46,255 bases of DNA, from contig JAZUFY010000155.1 of the NCBI GenBank assembly GCA_045640925.1, positions 1-46,255 on the forward strand. The letters run 5' to 3'. A model generated the notes under the pieces. The model was not told where the DNA came from. It saw nothing but the letters and a program-made list of their open reading frames with translations, and searched no databases. Each line of letters begins with the position of its first letter. The stretch's first letter is position 1. Below are positions 28,563-36,392 of the stretch, one piece after another. The translations under genes were made by a program, and so were the position numbers. Source of the DNA: Bacteroidales bacterium (GTDB taxonomy: Bacteria; Bacteroidota; Bacteroidia; Bacteroidales; P3).

Positions 28563-31214
28563 ATGAAGAAACTGGTTCTTTTTGACGGAATGGCAATGGT
28601 TTACCGAGCCTACTACGCCCTCAATGCTTCAGGACGCACCAACTCCAAAGGCATGAACACCTCGGCTGTGCTCGGTTTTACCAACACCCTCTACGACCTT
28701 GTCAAAAAACTCAACCCTACCCATCTGGCCGTGGCTTTCGACCTTCCGAAACCCACCTTCCGCCACGAGATGTACGCCGAATACAAGGCCAACCGCGAAG
28801 CCATGCCCGAAACCATACAGCAGGCTTTGCCCTACATTCGCCAAATCATCGCTGCCTTCAACATCCCCGTCATCACCTGCGAAGGCTATGAGGCTGACGA
28901 TGTTATCGGAACAGCTTCGCATTGGGCCGAGCAACAGGGTTTCGACGAGGTGGTGATGGTAACCCCCGACAAAGATTTTGGGCAACTTGTAACCGACCAC
29001 GTCCGCATGTACCGTTTCGGTCGCATGGGCAAACCCGACCAACTCATGGGTGCCGACGAGGTGAAGGAAAAATTCGGCGTGAGCCAATGCTCCCAGGTCA
29101 TCGACCTCCTCGGCCTTTGGGGCGACGCCTCCGACAATATTCCTGGCATACCAGGGGTGGGGGAGAAGACCGCCAAAAAACTCATCGAACAGTTCGGATC
29201 CATCGAAAACATGGTGGAACATGCCGAAGAGATTAAGAACGACAAAATACGCACCCTCGTGCAACAACATGGCGATCAGGCCATTTTCAGCAAACGGCTG
29301 GCCACCATCGTCCTCGATGCCCCTGTAGAACTCTCCCAGGAGCTCCTCCTGCGCCGCACACCCGACTATGCAGCCCTCCAGGCCCTCTTTGCCGAACTCG
29401 AATTCCGCAAACTCTCGCAGCGCATCTTCACCGACCTCTCCGTGTCCAACCCCGAAGAGGCCCAGCGTTTTGCTGCCGCAAAACCACGCCCTGCCGCTCC
29501 TGCCTCGGCTCCCGAACAGCCTACACTCTTCGATCAGCCAACACTCTTCGACCAACCTATAATCGACGAACGCCGATCCTCCGAAATACGTTTCCTCGAC
29601 CACATGCCCGAAAGCGGCGATGTGGCCATCTTTGTCGCTGGGGCCACCATCGTGCTGGCTTTCAGTGCCGACGAGGTCTTTGCCTCCCTTGTGGGCGACA
29701 TTGATACCGCAAGCCTCCGCCGACTCCTCCAGCAGCCCGATACCCTCAAACTCTGCTACGACCTCAAAGCCCTCAAATACATCCTCCGCGAACTCGACAT
29801 CGAACTCTCGGGCGACATCTTCGATGTGCAGCTGGCACACTACCTCGCCGACCCCGAGATTCGCCACACCCTCGACAGCATCTGCCTCAACATCCTCGGC
29901 GTCGAACCCGCCAACGAAAACGAATCGGCAGCCGTCCTTTGGCAGCTCTACCCGCTGCTGGCAGCCAAGCTCTCCGACGAAGGGCTCAGCCGCCTCTACA
30001 CCGAGGTCGAACTTCCTCTGGTCGATGTACTTATCAGCATGGAAGAGGAAGGGGTGCGCATCGATGTGGACGCACTCAAAGACTATTCCGCCAAACTCTC
30101 CGCCGAACGTAACCTCCTCGAGCAGGACATCTACCGTATGGCGGGCGAACCTTTCAACATTTCCTCGCCCAAACAGCTGGGCGAAGTGCTCTACGACAAA
30201 CTCAAAGTCACCGACAAGCCCCCCCGTACCGCCACCAAGCAGTATTCCACCGCCGAGGACGTGCTCCTCAAACTCAAGGACAAGAACCCCATCATCGAGA
30301 AGATTCTCGAATACAGGTCGCTCAACAAACTCATAGGCACCTATCTCGACTCTTTCCCCAAACTCATCAGCCCCCTTACCCACAGGCTCCACACCGTATA
30401 TAATCAAACAGTTACAGCCACAGGGCGCCTCTCCTCCAGCAATCCCAACCTGCAAAACATTCCCATACGCTCCGAACGCGGCAAGGAGATACGCCGAGCC
30501 TTCGTGGCACGCAACGACGACTACATCCTCCTCGCTGCCGACTATTCGCAAATCGAGCTCCGCATCATCGCCTCCCTGGCCAACGACCGCCACATGATCG
30601 AGGCCTTCGCCAACCACTACGACATCCACGCAGCCACGGCAGCCAAAATCTACAAGATGCCTATCGAAGAGGTTTCCAAAGACTTGCGTCGCAACGCCAA
30701 GTCGGTCAACTTCGGCATCGTCTACGGCATCAGCGCCTTCGGCCTCAGCGAACAGCTCGGCATACCTCGCAAGGAGGCGGCAGCCCTCATCGAAGAATAT
30801 TTCACACAATACCCCGACATCAAAAATTATATCGACGACAACATCAGCTTCGCCCGCCAGCACGGCTACGCCCAGACACTCCTCGGCCGCCGTCGCTACC
30901 TGCCCGACATCAACTCGCGCAACGCCTCGGCACGCAGTTTTGCCGAGCGAAACGCCGTCAATATGCCAATACAGGGCACCTCGGCCGATATGATAAAGAT
31001 AGCCATGATAAACATCCATAGCGAGATACAACGTCTCGGCCTCAAATCGCGCATGATTCTCCAGGTGCACGACGAACTTGTGTTCGACTGCTACCGCCCC
31101 GAGGAACAGCAGCTGCGCGACATCGTGCAGAAAGCCATGATCGAAGCCCTCCCGCTGAGCATACCCATCGAGGTGGGCATAGACGTGGGCCCTGACTGGC
31201 TGACGGCACATTAA
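28563..31214 (+). CDS. polA: DNA polymerase I
   Basis: 883 aa. 5' nuclease domain (GYEADDVIGT, DNIPGIPGVGEKTA). Polymerase motifs DYSQIELR, RRNAKSVNFGIVYG and QVHDELV. Confidence 0.95.
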   Translation: MKKLVLFDGMAMVYRAYYALNASGRTNSKGMNTSAVLGFTNTLYDLVKKLNPTHLAVAFDLPKPTFRHEMYAEYKANREAMPETIQQALPYIRQIIAAFNIPVITCEGYEADDVIGTASHWAEQQGFDEVVMVTPDKDFGQLVTDHVRMYRFGRMGKPDQLMGADEVKEKFGVSQCSQVIDLLGLWGDASDNIPGIPGVGEKTAKKLIEQFGSIENMVEHAEEIKNDKIRTLVQQHGDQAIFSKRLATIVLDAPVELSQELLLRRTPDYAALQALFAELEFRKLSQRIFTDLSVSNPEEAQRFAAAKPRPAAPASAPEQPTLFDQPTLFDQPIIDERRSSEIRFLDHMPESGDVAIFVAGATIVLAFSADEVFASLVGDIDTASLRRLLQQPDTLKLCYDLKALKYILRELDIELSGDIFDVQLAHYLADPEIRHTLDSICLNILGVEPANENESAAVLWQLYPLLAAKLSDEGLSRLYTEVELPLVDVLISMEEEGVRIDVDALKDYSAKLSAERNLLEQDIYRMAGEPFNISSPKQLGEVLYDKLKVTDKPPRTATKQYSTAEDVLLKLKDKNPIIEKILEYRSLNKLIGTYLDSFPKLISPLTHRLHTVYNQTVTATGRLSSSNPNLQNIPIRSERGKEIRRAFVARNDDYILLAADYSQIELRIIASLANDRHMIEAFANHYDIHAATAAKIYKMPIEEVSKDLRRNAKSVNFGIVYGISAFGLSEQLGIPRKEAAALIEEYFTQYPDIKNYIDDNISFARQHGYAQTLLGRRRYLPDINSRNASARSFAERNAVNMPIQGTSADMIKIAMINIHSEIQRLGLKSRMILQVHDELVFDCYRPEEQQLRDIVQKAMIEALPLSIPIEVGIDVGPDWLTAH

Positions 31215-31249
31215 TTTATTTGAATAACAAAAAATAAGCAACGTATACC

Positions 31250-32026
31250 ATGAAAAAAATTCTCATCCTCGTCCTCGCGCTCATTGCCACCTCGGCAACC
31301 TTCGCACAACTCAACGAAAAAGCCGACTTCTCCGATGTGTGTTCCTCCGGACAAGTGCTCTACTACAAAATCGTCGATGATGGCGAAGTAAACCTCTGGT
31401 TCCACAGCCAGTATGCCGACATGCTCGGCGGCTACATCCGCGTGCCCCGCAGCGTCAAGTATCAGGGCCGCAACTACATCGTCACCGGCGTGGCCGACAA
31501 TGCCTTGGCCAACTGCATCCGCGTGCAAGGCATCGAACTGCCCAACTCTGTCTACTACATCGGCGACATGGCCTTCTACAAATGCACCGACCTCAGCATC
31601 GTCTACCTCCCCAAATCGCTCACCAGCATCGGCTCGCAGGCCTTTGAAGGTTGCACGGCATTGGTCGACTTCGTCATGCCCCACTCCGTCACCGAGATGG
31701 GCGAAGGCGTATTCCGCAACTGCTCCAACGTGCGCCATTTCGTTATCTCCCACAGCCTTACCGCCATTCCCGAAGACACCTTCAACGGCTGCTCCTCGGC
31801 CACCGACTACATCATCCCCGACCGTATAGCCACCATCGGCTGCAACGCCTTTGCGGGCAACACCAGCCTCCGCAGCATCACCTTCTTTGGCGCCGTGCCC
31901 CCCACGCCCGACCCCGAATGTGGCGACGCCTTCAACCGCGACATCGTAGCCCTCTACGTAATCAAAGGCTTCGACACCTACAAAGCCTCCACCATCTGGG
32001 GCCAATTCACCATCCGCCAGCTCTGA
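31250..32026 (+). CDS. BspA-type leucine-rich-repeat surface protein
   Basis: Signal peptide MKKILILVLALIATSATFAQ. Repeated I.(D/S/E).AF..C..L..(V/I).(L/I)P.S(L/V) units (IGDMAFYKCTDL, IGSQAFEGCTAL, MGEGVFRNCSNV, IPEDTFNGCSSA, IGCNAFAGNTSL). Confidence 0.85.
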   Translation: MKKILILVLALIATSATFAQLNEKADFSDVCSSGQVLYYKIVDDGEVNLWFHSQYADMLGGYIRVPRSVKYQGRNYIVTGVADNALANCIRVQGIELPNSVYYIGDMAFYKCTDLSIVYLPKSLTSIGSQAFEGCTALVDFVMPHSVTEMGEGVFRNCSNVRHFVISHSLTAIPEDTFNGCSSATDYIIPDRIATIGCNAFAGNTSLRSITFFGAVPPTPDPECGDAFNRDIVALYVIKGFDTYKASTIWGQFTIRQL

Positions 32027-32065
32027 TTGTTGCCGATCTAGCTGAGTGACTGAAATGGAACCTCG

Positions 32066-32926
32066 AAAAGACAGGTGCGGCTGAGCCGTTCTGGCTGGAA
32101 GCCAGTATTTGAGTAACCCGGGACGAAGTCTCGGGATTACAAGAATAGATAAACAAGGTGGGTGGAGCCCACTACCTTATACGCAAAAACATGAGTCACA
32201 TAGCACTAACATATCACATCATTTGGCGGACGAAGCACTCGGCACCCACCATCTGCGAGGAGCATGAGCGTGATCTGTATGCCTTCATCTATGGGATTTG
32301 TCAGCAGAAGAGCTGCCATGTATATCGGCTCAATTCGATGCCTGACCATTTCCATATATGCGTTGAGGTGCACCCGAAGATTTCGTTGAGCGACTTTATG
32401 CAGGTCGTCAAACAGGAAAGCTCGCGATGGATCAAGGAGCATCGGGAGTGGTTCCCACACTTTGATGGTTGGGGCAACGGATATGCTGCCTTCACCTATA
32501 GCGTGAAGGAACGCCCCATGGTCATCAACTACATCAAGAGCCAAAAAGAACATCACCACAAGGCGACCTTCCGAGAGGAGTATGAGGCCCTGATGAGGGA
32601 GTTCGGTCTTGATCCTGAGAAAGATTTGTTTCTTAAAGATTAGCGTATGAGGTACTGGCTTCCAGCCAGAAGCCTGTAGCTGAGTCCTTATCCGAGGGCT
32701 TCGCCCTCGGTTACTTACCGCTTCGCTAGTATGGGCTTCCAGCCCAAGCCATGCAATTCGCCTGTATGTATCGAGGGCTATGTCTCTGGAAAACAGGTGC
32801 GGCTGAGCCGTTCTGGCTGGAAAAGCCAGTATTTGAGAACCCCGGGACGAAGTCTCGGGGTTACGAGTATATATAAATAGTGTGGGTGGAGCCCACTACC
32901 TTATACGCAAAATCGTGAGCCACATA
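32066..32926 (+). mobile_element. RAYT locus: IS200-like Y1 transposase gene bracketed by REP-like palindromic repeats
   Basis: A direct repeat of about 137 bp at 32066-32202 and 32789-32926. An inverted hairpin copy at 32653-32671 matches 32089-32107. Further GC-rich hairpins lie between 32690 and 32750. Confidence 0.75.
32191..32643 (+). CDS. REP-associated tyrosine transposase (IS200/IS605-like Y1 HUH enzyme)
   Basis: ATG 32191 (MSHIALTYHIIWRTK); the track ORF starts at 32158. HUH motif PDHFHICV. The catalytic Tyr context is VINYIKSQKEHH. The 150-aa size fits a RAYT. Confidence 0.85.
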   Translation: MSHIALTYHIIWRTKHSAPTICEEHERDLYAFIYGICQQKSCHVYRLNSMPDHFHICVEVHPKISLSDFMQVVKQESSRWIKEHREWFPHFDGWGNGYAAFTYSVKERPMVINYIKSQKEHHHKATFREEYEALMREFGLDPEKDLFLKD

Positions 32927-32990
32927 CCGCAAATTTAATAATTCGCCTGTAGAAACCACGTAATTTATCAGGCAAAAATGGTGCAAATAT

Positions 32991-33050
32991 CGCTCATTAT
33001 CGCTCATTATCGCTCACCATCGCTCATTATCGCTCACCATCGCTCATTAT
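32991..33050 (+). repeat. 6 x 10-bp tandem repeat CGCTCA(T/C)(T/C)AT upstream of the primase-helicase promoter
   Basis: cgctcattat, cgctcattat, cgctcaccat, cgctcattat, cgctcaccat, cgctcattat, then a partial cgcgc. Confidence 0.9.
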
Positions 33051-33085
33051 CGCGCAAAATTGGGCATCCACTCAAATTTTTTGCA

Positions 33086-33093
33086 TATCTTTG
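33086..33093 (+). promoter_or_regulatory. -7 box TATCTTTG for the primase-helicase gene
   Basis: tatctttg at 33086-33093. The leader to ATG 33230 is 136 nt. Confidence 0.45.
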
Positions 33094-33229
33094 CAGCGTT
33101 TTTTTCGGGGAGATGATGGGGTGTGCCGAGTGAGGTGCGCAGCAGGAGGCACGGCTCCAATTATCGGCTCTCGAAAAGAATGCCCGACTCACTAAAACAC
33201 ACGGAGTAAGGCCCGTGGAGTCGGGGTAA

Positions 33230-35554
33230 ATGAAGCGTATGCATTTTGATTTTTTTAATTCTGTAACCGATTCGAAGGGCTGCATCTGCACGATGGAGAA
33301 GTATCACGAGGCCACTTCCAACGCCCCTTTCATGATCCTGGCCAAGGACATATCCGTGGCTCGCACCAAGGAGCAGCAACAGTTGCTCAAGCGACAGCTG
33401 CCCATCGTGTGCTGGCAGGCTTCGTTCGGAGGCAAGGGGCGCAAGAACGCCAATGCTGTGCCCAGCGGGCTCTACATGGTTGACTTCGACGATGTTGAGG
33501 ACACACAGATGCTCATCAACAAGGCCCGACGTCGCCGTGAGGAGCTGGACATTGTGTATATCGCCCTCTCCATCTCGCGCAAGGGGGTGAGGATTGTGGC
33601 GGAGTGCCGCCCCGAGTTTTCGACCATAGCCGAGTGCCAGCGATGGCTCAGCAATGAGCTCGGGCAGCCCTGCGACGAGGCCTGCAAGGATTGGGCGCGA
33701 GCCTCCTACCTGGTGCCGGAGCATTATGTGGCGTATATGGACGAGGGGATTTTCAGCCGAGGCCCCAAGTGCGTGTATCAGGTGGGGGCGGCGGCCCCGA
33801 AAACTCCGGAGATTCCGGAGAATCCGGAAAATCCGGAAAATCCGGAAAATCCAGTAAAGCCGGAAAAAACCGCTCAAACCCACTATCGCGGCCACACTCT
33901 CACCGAGCTTGCCGTGGCATGGCTCCGTGCCAATGGTGGCGAGCCTGTGGAGGGCGAGCGCAACCAGAAGCTCTACCGCTGTGCCTACCGCCTGCGCTAC
34001 ATCTGCGACTTTTGCGAGAACGCCCTCATCGCCTCCCTGCCCCGCTACGGCCTCTCGGAGGAGGAGATCCGCCAGATTGTCCACAGCGCCTGCTCCGCAC
34101 CGCGATCCTGCACAACTCCGCACGACTTGGAGGATCTTTTGGATAATCTGGAAAATCCGGAAAGTCCGGAAAGTCCGGATAATCCGGAAGAGCCGGAAGA
34201 TCTGGATAGCCCCGAGAATCCCCTCACCAGTTTCTTGGATACCTCGGTGATGCCTCCGCTGCCTCCCGTCTTTCGGCAGTATGCCGACATCGCTCCGCAA
34301 GGCTTTGCCCCTGCGGCTGTGCTGTGCCTGCTGCCCATACTGGGAACCCTCGGCAGCACTCTCCGCGCTCGCTATTTGGACGGCAATATGGTCTCGCCTT
34401 CGTTCTTGGTATGCCTCGATGCCGAGCAGGGCACGGGCAAGAGTTTTATTAGAAATCTCTCGCGCGACTGCCTCAAGCAGATAGCCGCCGTGGATGCCCA
34501 GGGTCGCTCAAAAGAGGAGGTCTACAACGAGCAGCTCCGCCGTTCCTCGCGCACGGGTGGCAAGAAGAAGGACGACACCCCGCCCGAGCCGAAACCCATG
34601 GTGCGACTCCTCCCCGCCACCATCTCCATCACCAAGCTGTTGAAACGTCTCGACAACGCCCAGGGGCTCCATTGCTACACCCTCGCCGAGGAGGTGGACA
34701 CCGTCCGCAAGGCGCAGGGCCGATCCTTCAGCAACATCACCGACCTCCTCCGCAACGCCTTCGACAACGCCGAGTACGGTCAGGACTACGCCTCGGAAAA
34801 TTCTTTCTCGGGCATCGTCAAAGTGTTTTACAACGTCCTCTACAGCGGCACCCCCGATGCTGTGCGCATGTTCTTCAACCGCGACAATCAGCGCAACGGC
34901 CTCCTCAGCCGCTTCATCCTCGTCAACCTGCCCGACAACCTCTACCAGCGTCCCCCGCAATGGGGCCGCATGACCCAGCTGCAGCGGCAGAAGGTGGACG
35001 AGGCCCTGACCGAGCTCAACCAGATGTCGGTCGCCTCCTACACCGTCCACGGCAAGGAGGGCGACGAGATATGCTACGAGGCGCAACCCGAGTTCGAACT
35101 TGACATGCAATGGCTGAACAAACGCATCGAGCGCTGGGAGGAGGCCGTGCGCGAGAAAGCCAAGGACGCCGAGAGCGCCAAGCACGCCATGCTCTACCTC
35201 CGACCCGGATTGGTGGGCTTCCGCGCAGGGATGCTGGCATGGTTCCTCTACGGCCTCAAGAACAACTCCCGCACCAAAGAGGCCGTGGCCCGCTTCGCCA
35301 CCTGGGTGGCCTCCTCCATGCTCAACACCTTGGTCGCATACGCCGACCAAATAGAGAGCAAGGGAAGGAAGATCAAGTTTGGTGATGCTTTTGCCGCTCT
35401 GCCTGACCAATTCGACAGAAACCAGCTACGAGAGGTTTTGATTTCTTTGGGATGCAAGAGCCCTGAAAGGCAAGTGGCTTTTCAGTGGCAACAAGGATTG
35501 CTTATTGAAAAGGTTGATAAGGGGGTTTATCGTAAGATGAAAACTGCTGCTTAA
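33230..35554 (+). CDS. Mobile-element-type primase-helicase: BT4734-like (VirE_N-like) N-terminal domain, PriCT-like segment and DUF3987-like P-loop domain
   Basis: 774 aa. KRQLPIVCWQASFGG...RKNANAVPSGLYMVDFDDV...DEACKDWARASYLVP fits the BT4734-like pattern. GERNQKLYRCAYRL is PriCT-like. P-loop LDAEQGTGKSF. Two acidic P/E/N linkers are encoded by 9-bp repeats. Confidence 0.75.
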   Translation: MKRMHFDFFNSVTDSKGCICTMEKYHEATSNAPFMILAKDISVARTKEQQQLLKRQLPIVCWQASFGGKGRKNANAVPSGLYMVDFDDVEDTQMLINKARRRREELDIVYIALSISRKGVRIVAECRPEFSTIAECQRWLSNELGQPCDEACKDWARASYLVPEHYVAYMDEGIFSRGPKCVYQVGAAAPKTPEIPENPENPENPENPVKPEKTAQTHYRGHTLTELAVAWLRANGGEPVEGERNQKLYRCAYRLRYICDFCENALIASLPRYGLSEEEIRQIVHSACSAPRSCTTPHDLEDLLDNLENPESPESPDNPEEPEDLDSPENPLTSFLDTSVMPPLPPVFRQYADIAPQGFAPAAVLCLLPILGTLGSTLRARYLDGNMVSPSFLVCLDAEQGTGKSFIRNLSRDCLKQIAAVDAQGRSKEEVYNEQLRRSSRTGGKKKDDTPPEPKPMVRLLPATISITKLLKRLDNAQGLHCYTLAEEVDTVRKAQGRSFSNITDLLRNAFDNAEYGQDYASENSFSGIVKVFYNVLYSGTPDAVRMFFNRDNQRNGLLSRFILVNLPDNLYQRPPQWGRMTQLQRQKVDEALTELNQMSVASYTVHGKEGDEICYEAQPEFELDMQWLNKRIERWEEAVREKAKDAESAKHAMLYLRPGLVGFRAGMLAWFLYGLKNNSRTKEAVARFATWVASSMLNTLVAYADQIESKGRKIKFGDAFAALPDQFDRNQLREVLISLGCKSPERQVAFQWQQGLLIEKVDKGVYRKMKTAA
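33805..33846 (+). repeat. Five TCCGGA cores at exact 9-bp spacing inside the primase-helicase gene (encodes PEIPENPENPENPENP)
   Basis: TCCGGA at 33805, 33814, 33823, 33832 and 33841. Confidence 0.9.
34147..34206 (+). repeat. Seven (T/G)C(C/T)GGA cores at exact 9-bp spacing inside the primase-helicase gene (encodes LENPESPESPDNPEEPEDLD)
   Basis: Cores at 34147, 34156, 34165, 34174, 34183, 34192 and 34201. Confidence 0.9.
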
Positions 35555-35560
35555 TGAATT

Positions 35561-35715
35561 TGTTAATTGTTAATTGTTAATTGCTTTGTGTCTGCAATGT
35601 GCAATCAAAAATGGAATACATTTATAAGATTAAATAAATACTAATATTTAATATATATATTTACAATCAAACTTGCATTCTCACACTAATAGCAATTAAC
35701 AATTAACAATTAACA
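35561..35715. promoter_or_regulatory. Origin-like structure: perfect 24-bp inverted repeat, each arm 3 x heptamer GTTAATT, flanking a 107-bp AT-rich core, 7 nt after the primase-helicase stop
   Basis: tgttaattgttaattgttaattgc (35561-35584) is the exact reverse complement of gcaattaacaattaacaattaaca (35692-35715). The core contains ttaaataaatactaatatttaatatatatattt. Confidence 0.55.
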
Positions 35716-35783
35716 TTTCGCTTACCCTCAACTTTAACTTTTCTTGTAACTCACTGATTCTCCCATACTATATGAAGCATGAA

Positions 35784-35827
35784 TGGGAGAAGAGTGGGAG
35801 AATATTGGGAGAATATTGGAACAATCT
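35784..35827 (+). repeat. 4 x 11-bp tandem repeat (tgggagaatat-like)
   Basis: tgggagaagag, tgggagaatat, tgggagaatat, tggaacaatct. Confidence 0.8.
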
Positions 35828-36176
35828 CTATTTTTGGCATTTTGAAAGCCGATTTTTCGCGTCCGTTTTCGGTTCAAAAAAGCACCTTTTTCGCCACGCT
35901 TTGTTTCTAAACCCTTTTTCAAAGTCTCCAAAAATGAAAAAAACACCCTCTCTTTGCCCATTCGTCGGCAACACCTTTTTCCGCAACCTCATTTCCGCTT
36001 TCCAAACCTCGCCTCCCAACCCTGACAGGGCGAAACGCCACCCCAGCCACCCATTTTCCCGTCCAAACACCCATGAAATCCGTACACATTCACCTCCCTC
36101 CCCGCATCATTCGCCCCTCCTCGCTGTACGAAAATGCACCCATAGGTGTCTGATTTTCAAGCCCAAAAACACAAAA

Positions 36177-36204
36177 AGAGTCACCCGACGATGCGGGGGA
36201 CTCT
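36177..36204 (-). terminator. Rho-independent terminator of the small lipoprotein gene
   Basis: The stems are agagtcacccg and cgggggactct (11 bp, 1 mismatch) with the loop acgatg. On the minus strand the hairpin is followed by TTTTTGTGTTTTT. Confidence 0.75.
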
Positions 36205-36230
36205 TTGTTTTCATGTCGCAAATTGGGTTA

Positions 36231-36347
36231 CTACTTGGTAGCTTCGGCAATTGAACCGCGATAGGCGGGGCAGGTGTGGTGTGTGCAGGAGGCTGCCACC
36301 ATTGCGAAAACCATGACAATGCAGATTGCTACAATAGATTTCTTCAT
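36231..36347 (-). CDS. Small lipoprotein, 38-aa precursor, below the ORF-track size cut-off
   Basis: Minus-strand ATG at 36347. Translation: MKKSIVAICIVMVFAMVAASCTHHTCPAYRGSIAEATK, then TAG at 36233-36231. It has a lipoprotein-type signal with an AASC lipobox, a TAATTTTG -7 box 45 nt upstream and an intrinsic terminator 27 nt downstream. Confidence 0.7.
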   Translation of the reverse strand: MKKSIVAICIVMVFAMVAASCTHHTCPAYRGSIAEATK

Positions 36348-36392
36348 GATAAGATGTATTAGATTGTTATTTTTCCTAAAAATTTCAATTTG

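Noticed and set aside
28629-31241. 870-aa minus-strand ORF antisense to polA. Similar long antisense ORFs: 17875..19854 (-), 19826..21799 (-), 22902..24188 (-), 26060..27358 (-), 27489..28508 (-), 38729..39955 (-), 40082..41239 (-), 42636..43685 (-), 45028..46149 (+).
   Set aside because: Each lies opposite a gene with unambiguous conserved motifs. Their translations are low-complexity (G/V/A/H/E-rich) with no recognisable motifs. Long shadow ORFs of this kind are a known by-product of codon bias in GC-moderate coding DNA.
32040-32160. A possible tRNA or tmRNA integration site at the left border of the accessory region.
   Set aside because: I found no T-arm GGTTCGAATCC-like box or cloverleaf. 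The GC-rich hairpins there are repeated around the RAYT gene and fit REP elements better.
32991-33050. Whether any tandem array (10-bp x6, 9-bp arrays, 13-mer array, heptamer sets) could be a CRISPR array.
   Set aside because: The repeat units are 7-13 bp and contiguous with no unique spacers, whereas CRISPR repeats are 24-48 bp separated by spacers. No cas genes are present.
33161-34300. 379-aa minus-strand ORF with FRIFRIFRIL repeats, antisense to the primase-helicase gene.
   Set aside because: Its repeats are just the reverse reading of the 9-bp TCCGGA arrays. The sense frame carries the conserved primase/PriCT/P-loop motifs.
35772-36254. 160-aa + strand ORF, plus 35734..35961 (-), 35828..36070 (-), 36107..36319 (-) and 36274..36459 (+).
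   Set aside because: The translations are low-complexity (P/S/F/H-rich) and driven by the strand-skewed composition. They overlap the well-supported small lipoprotein gene or its terminator.
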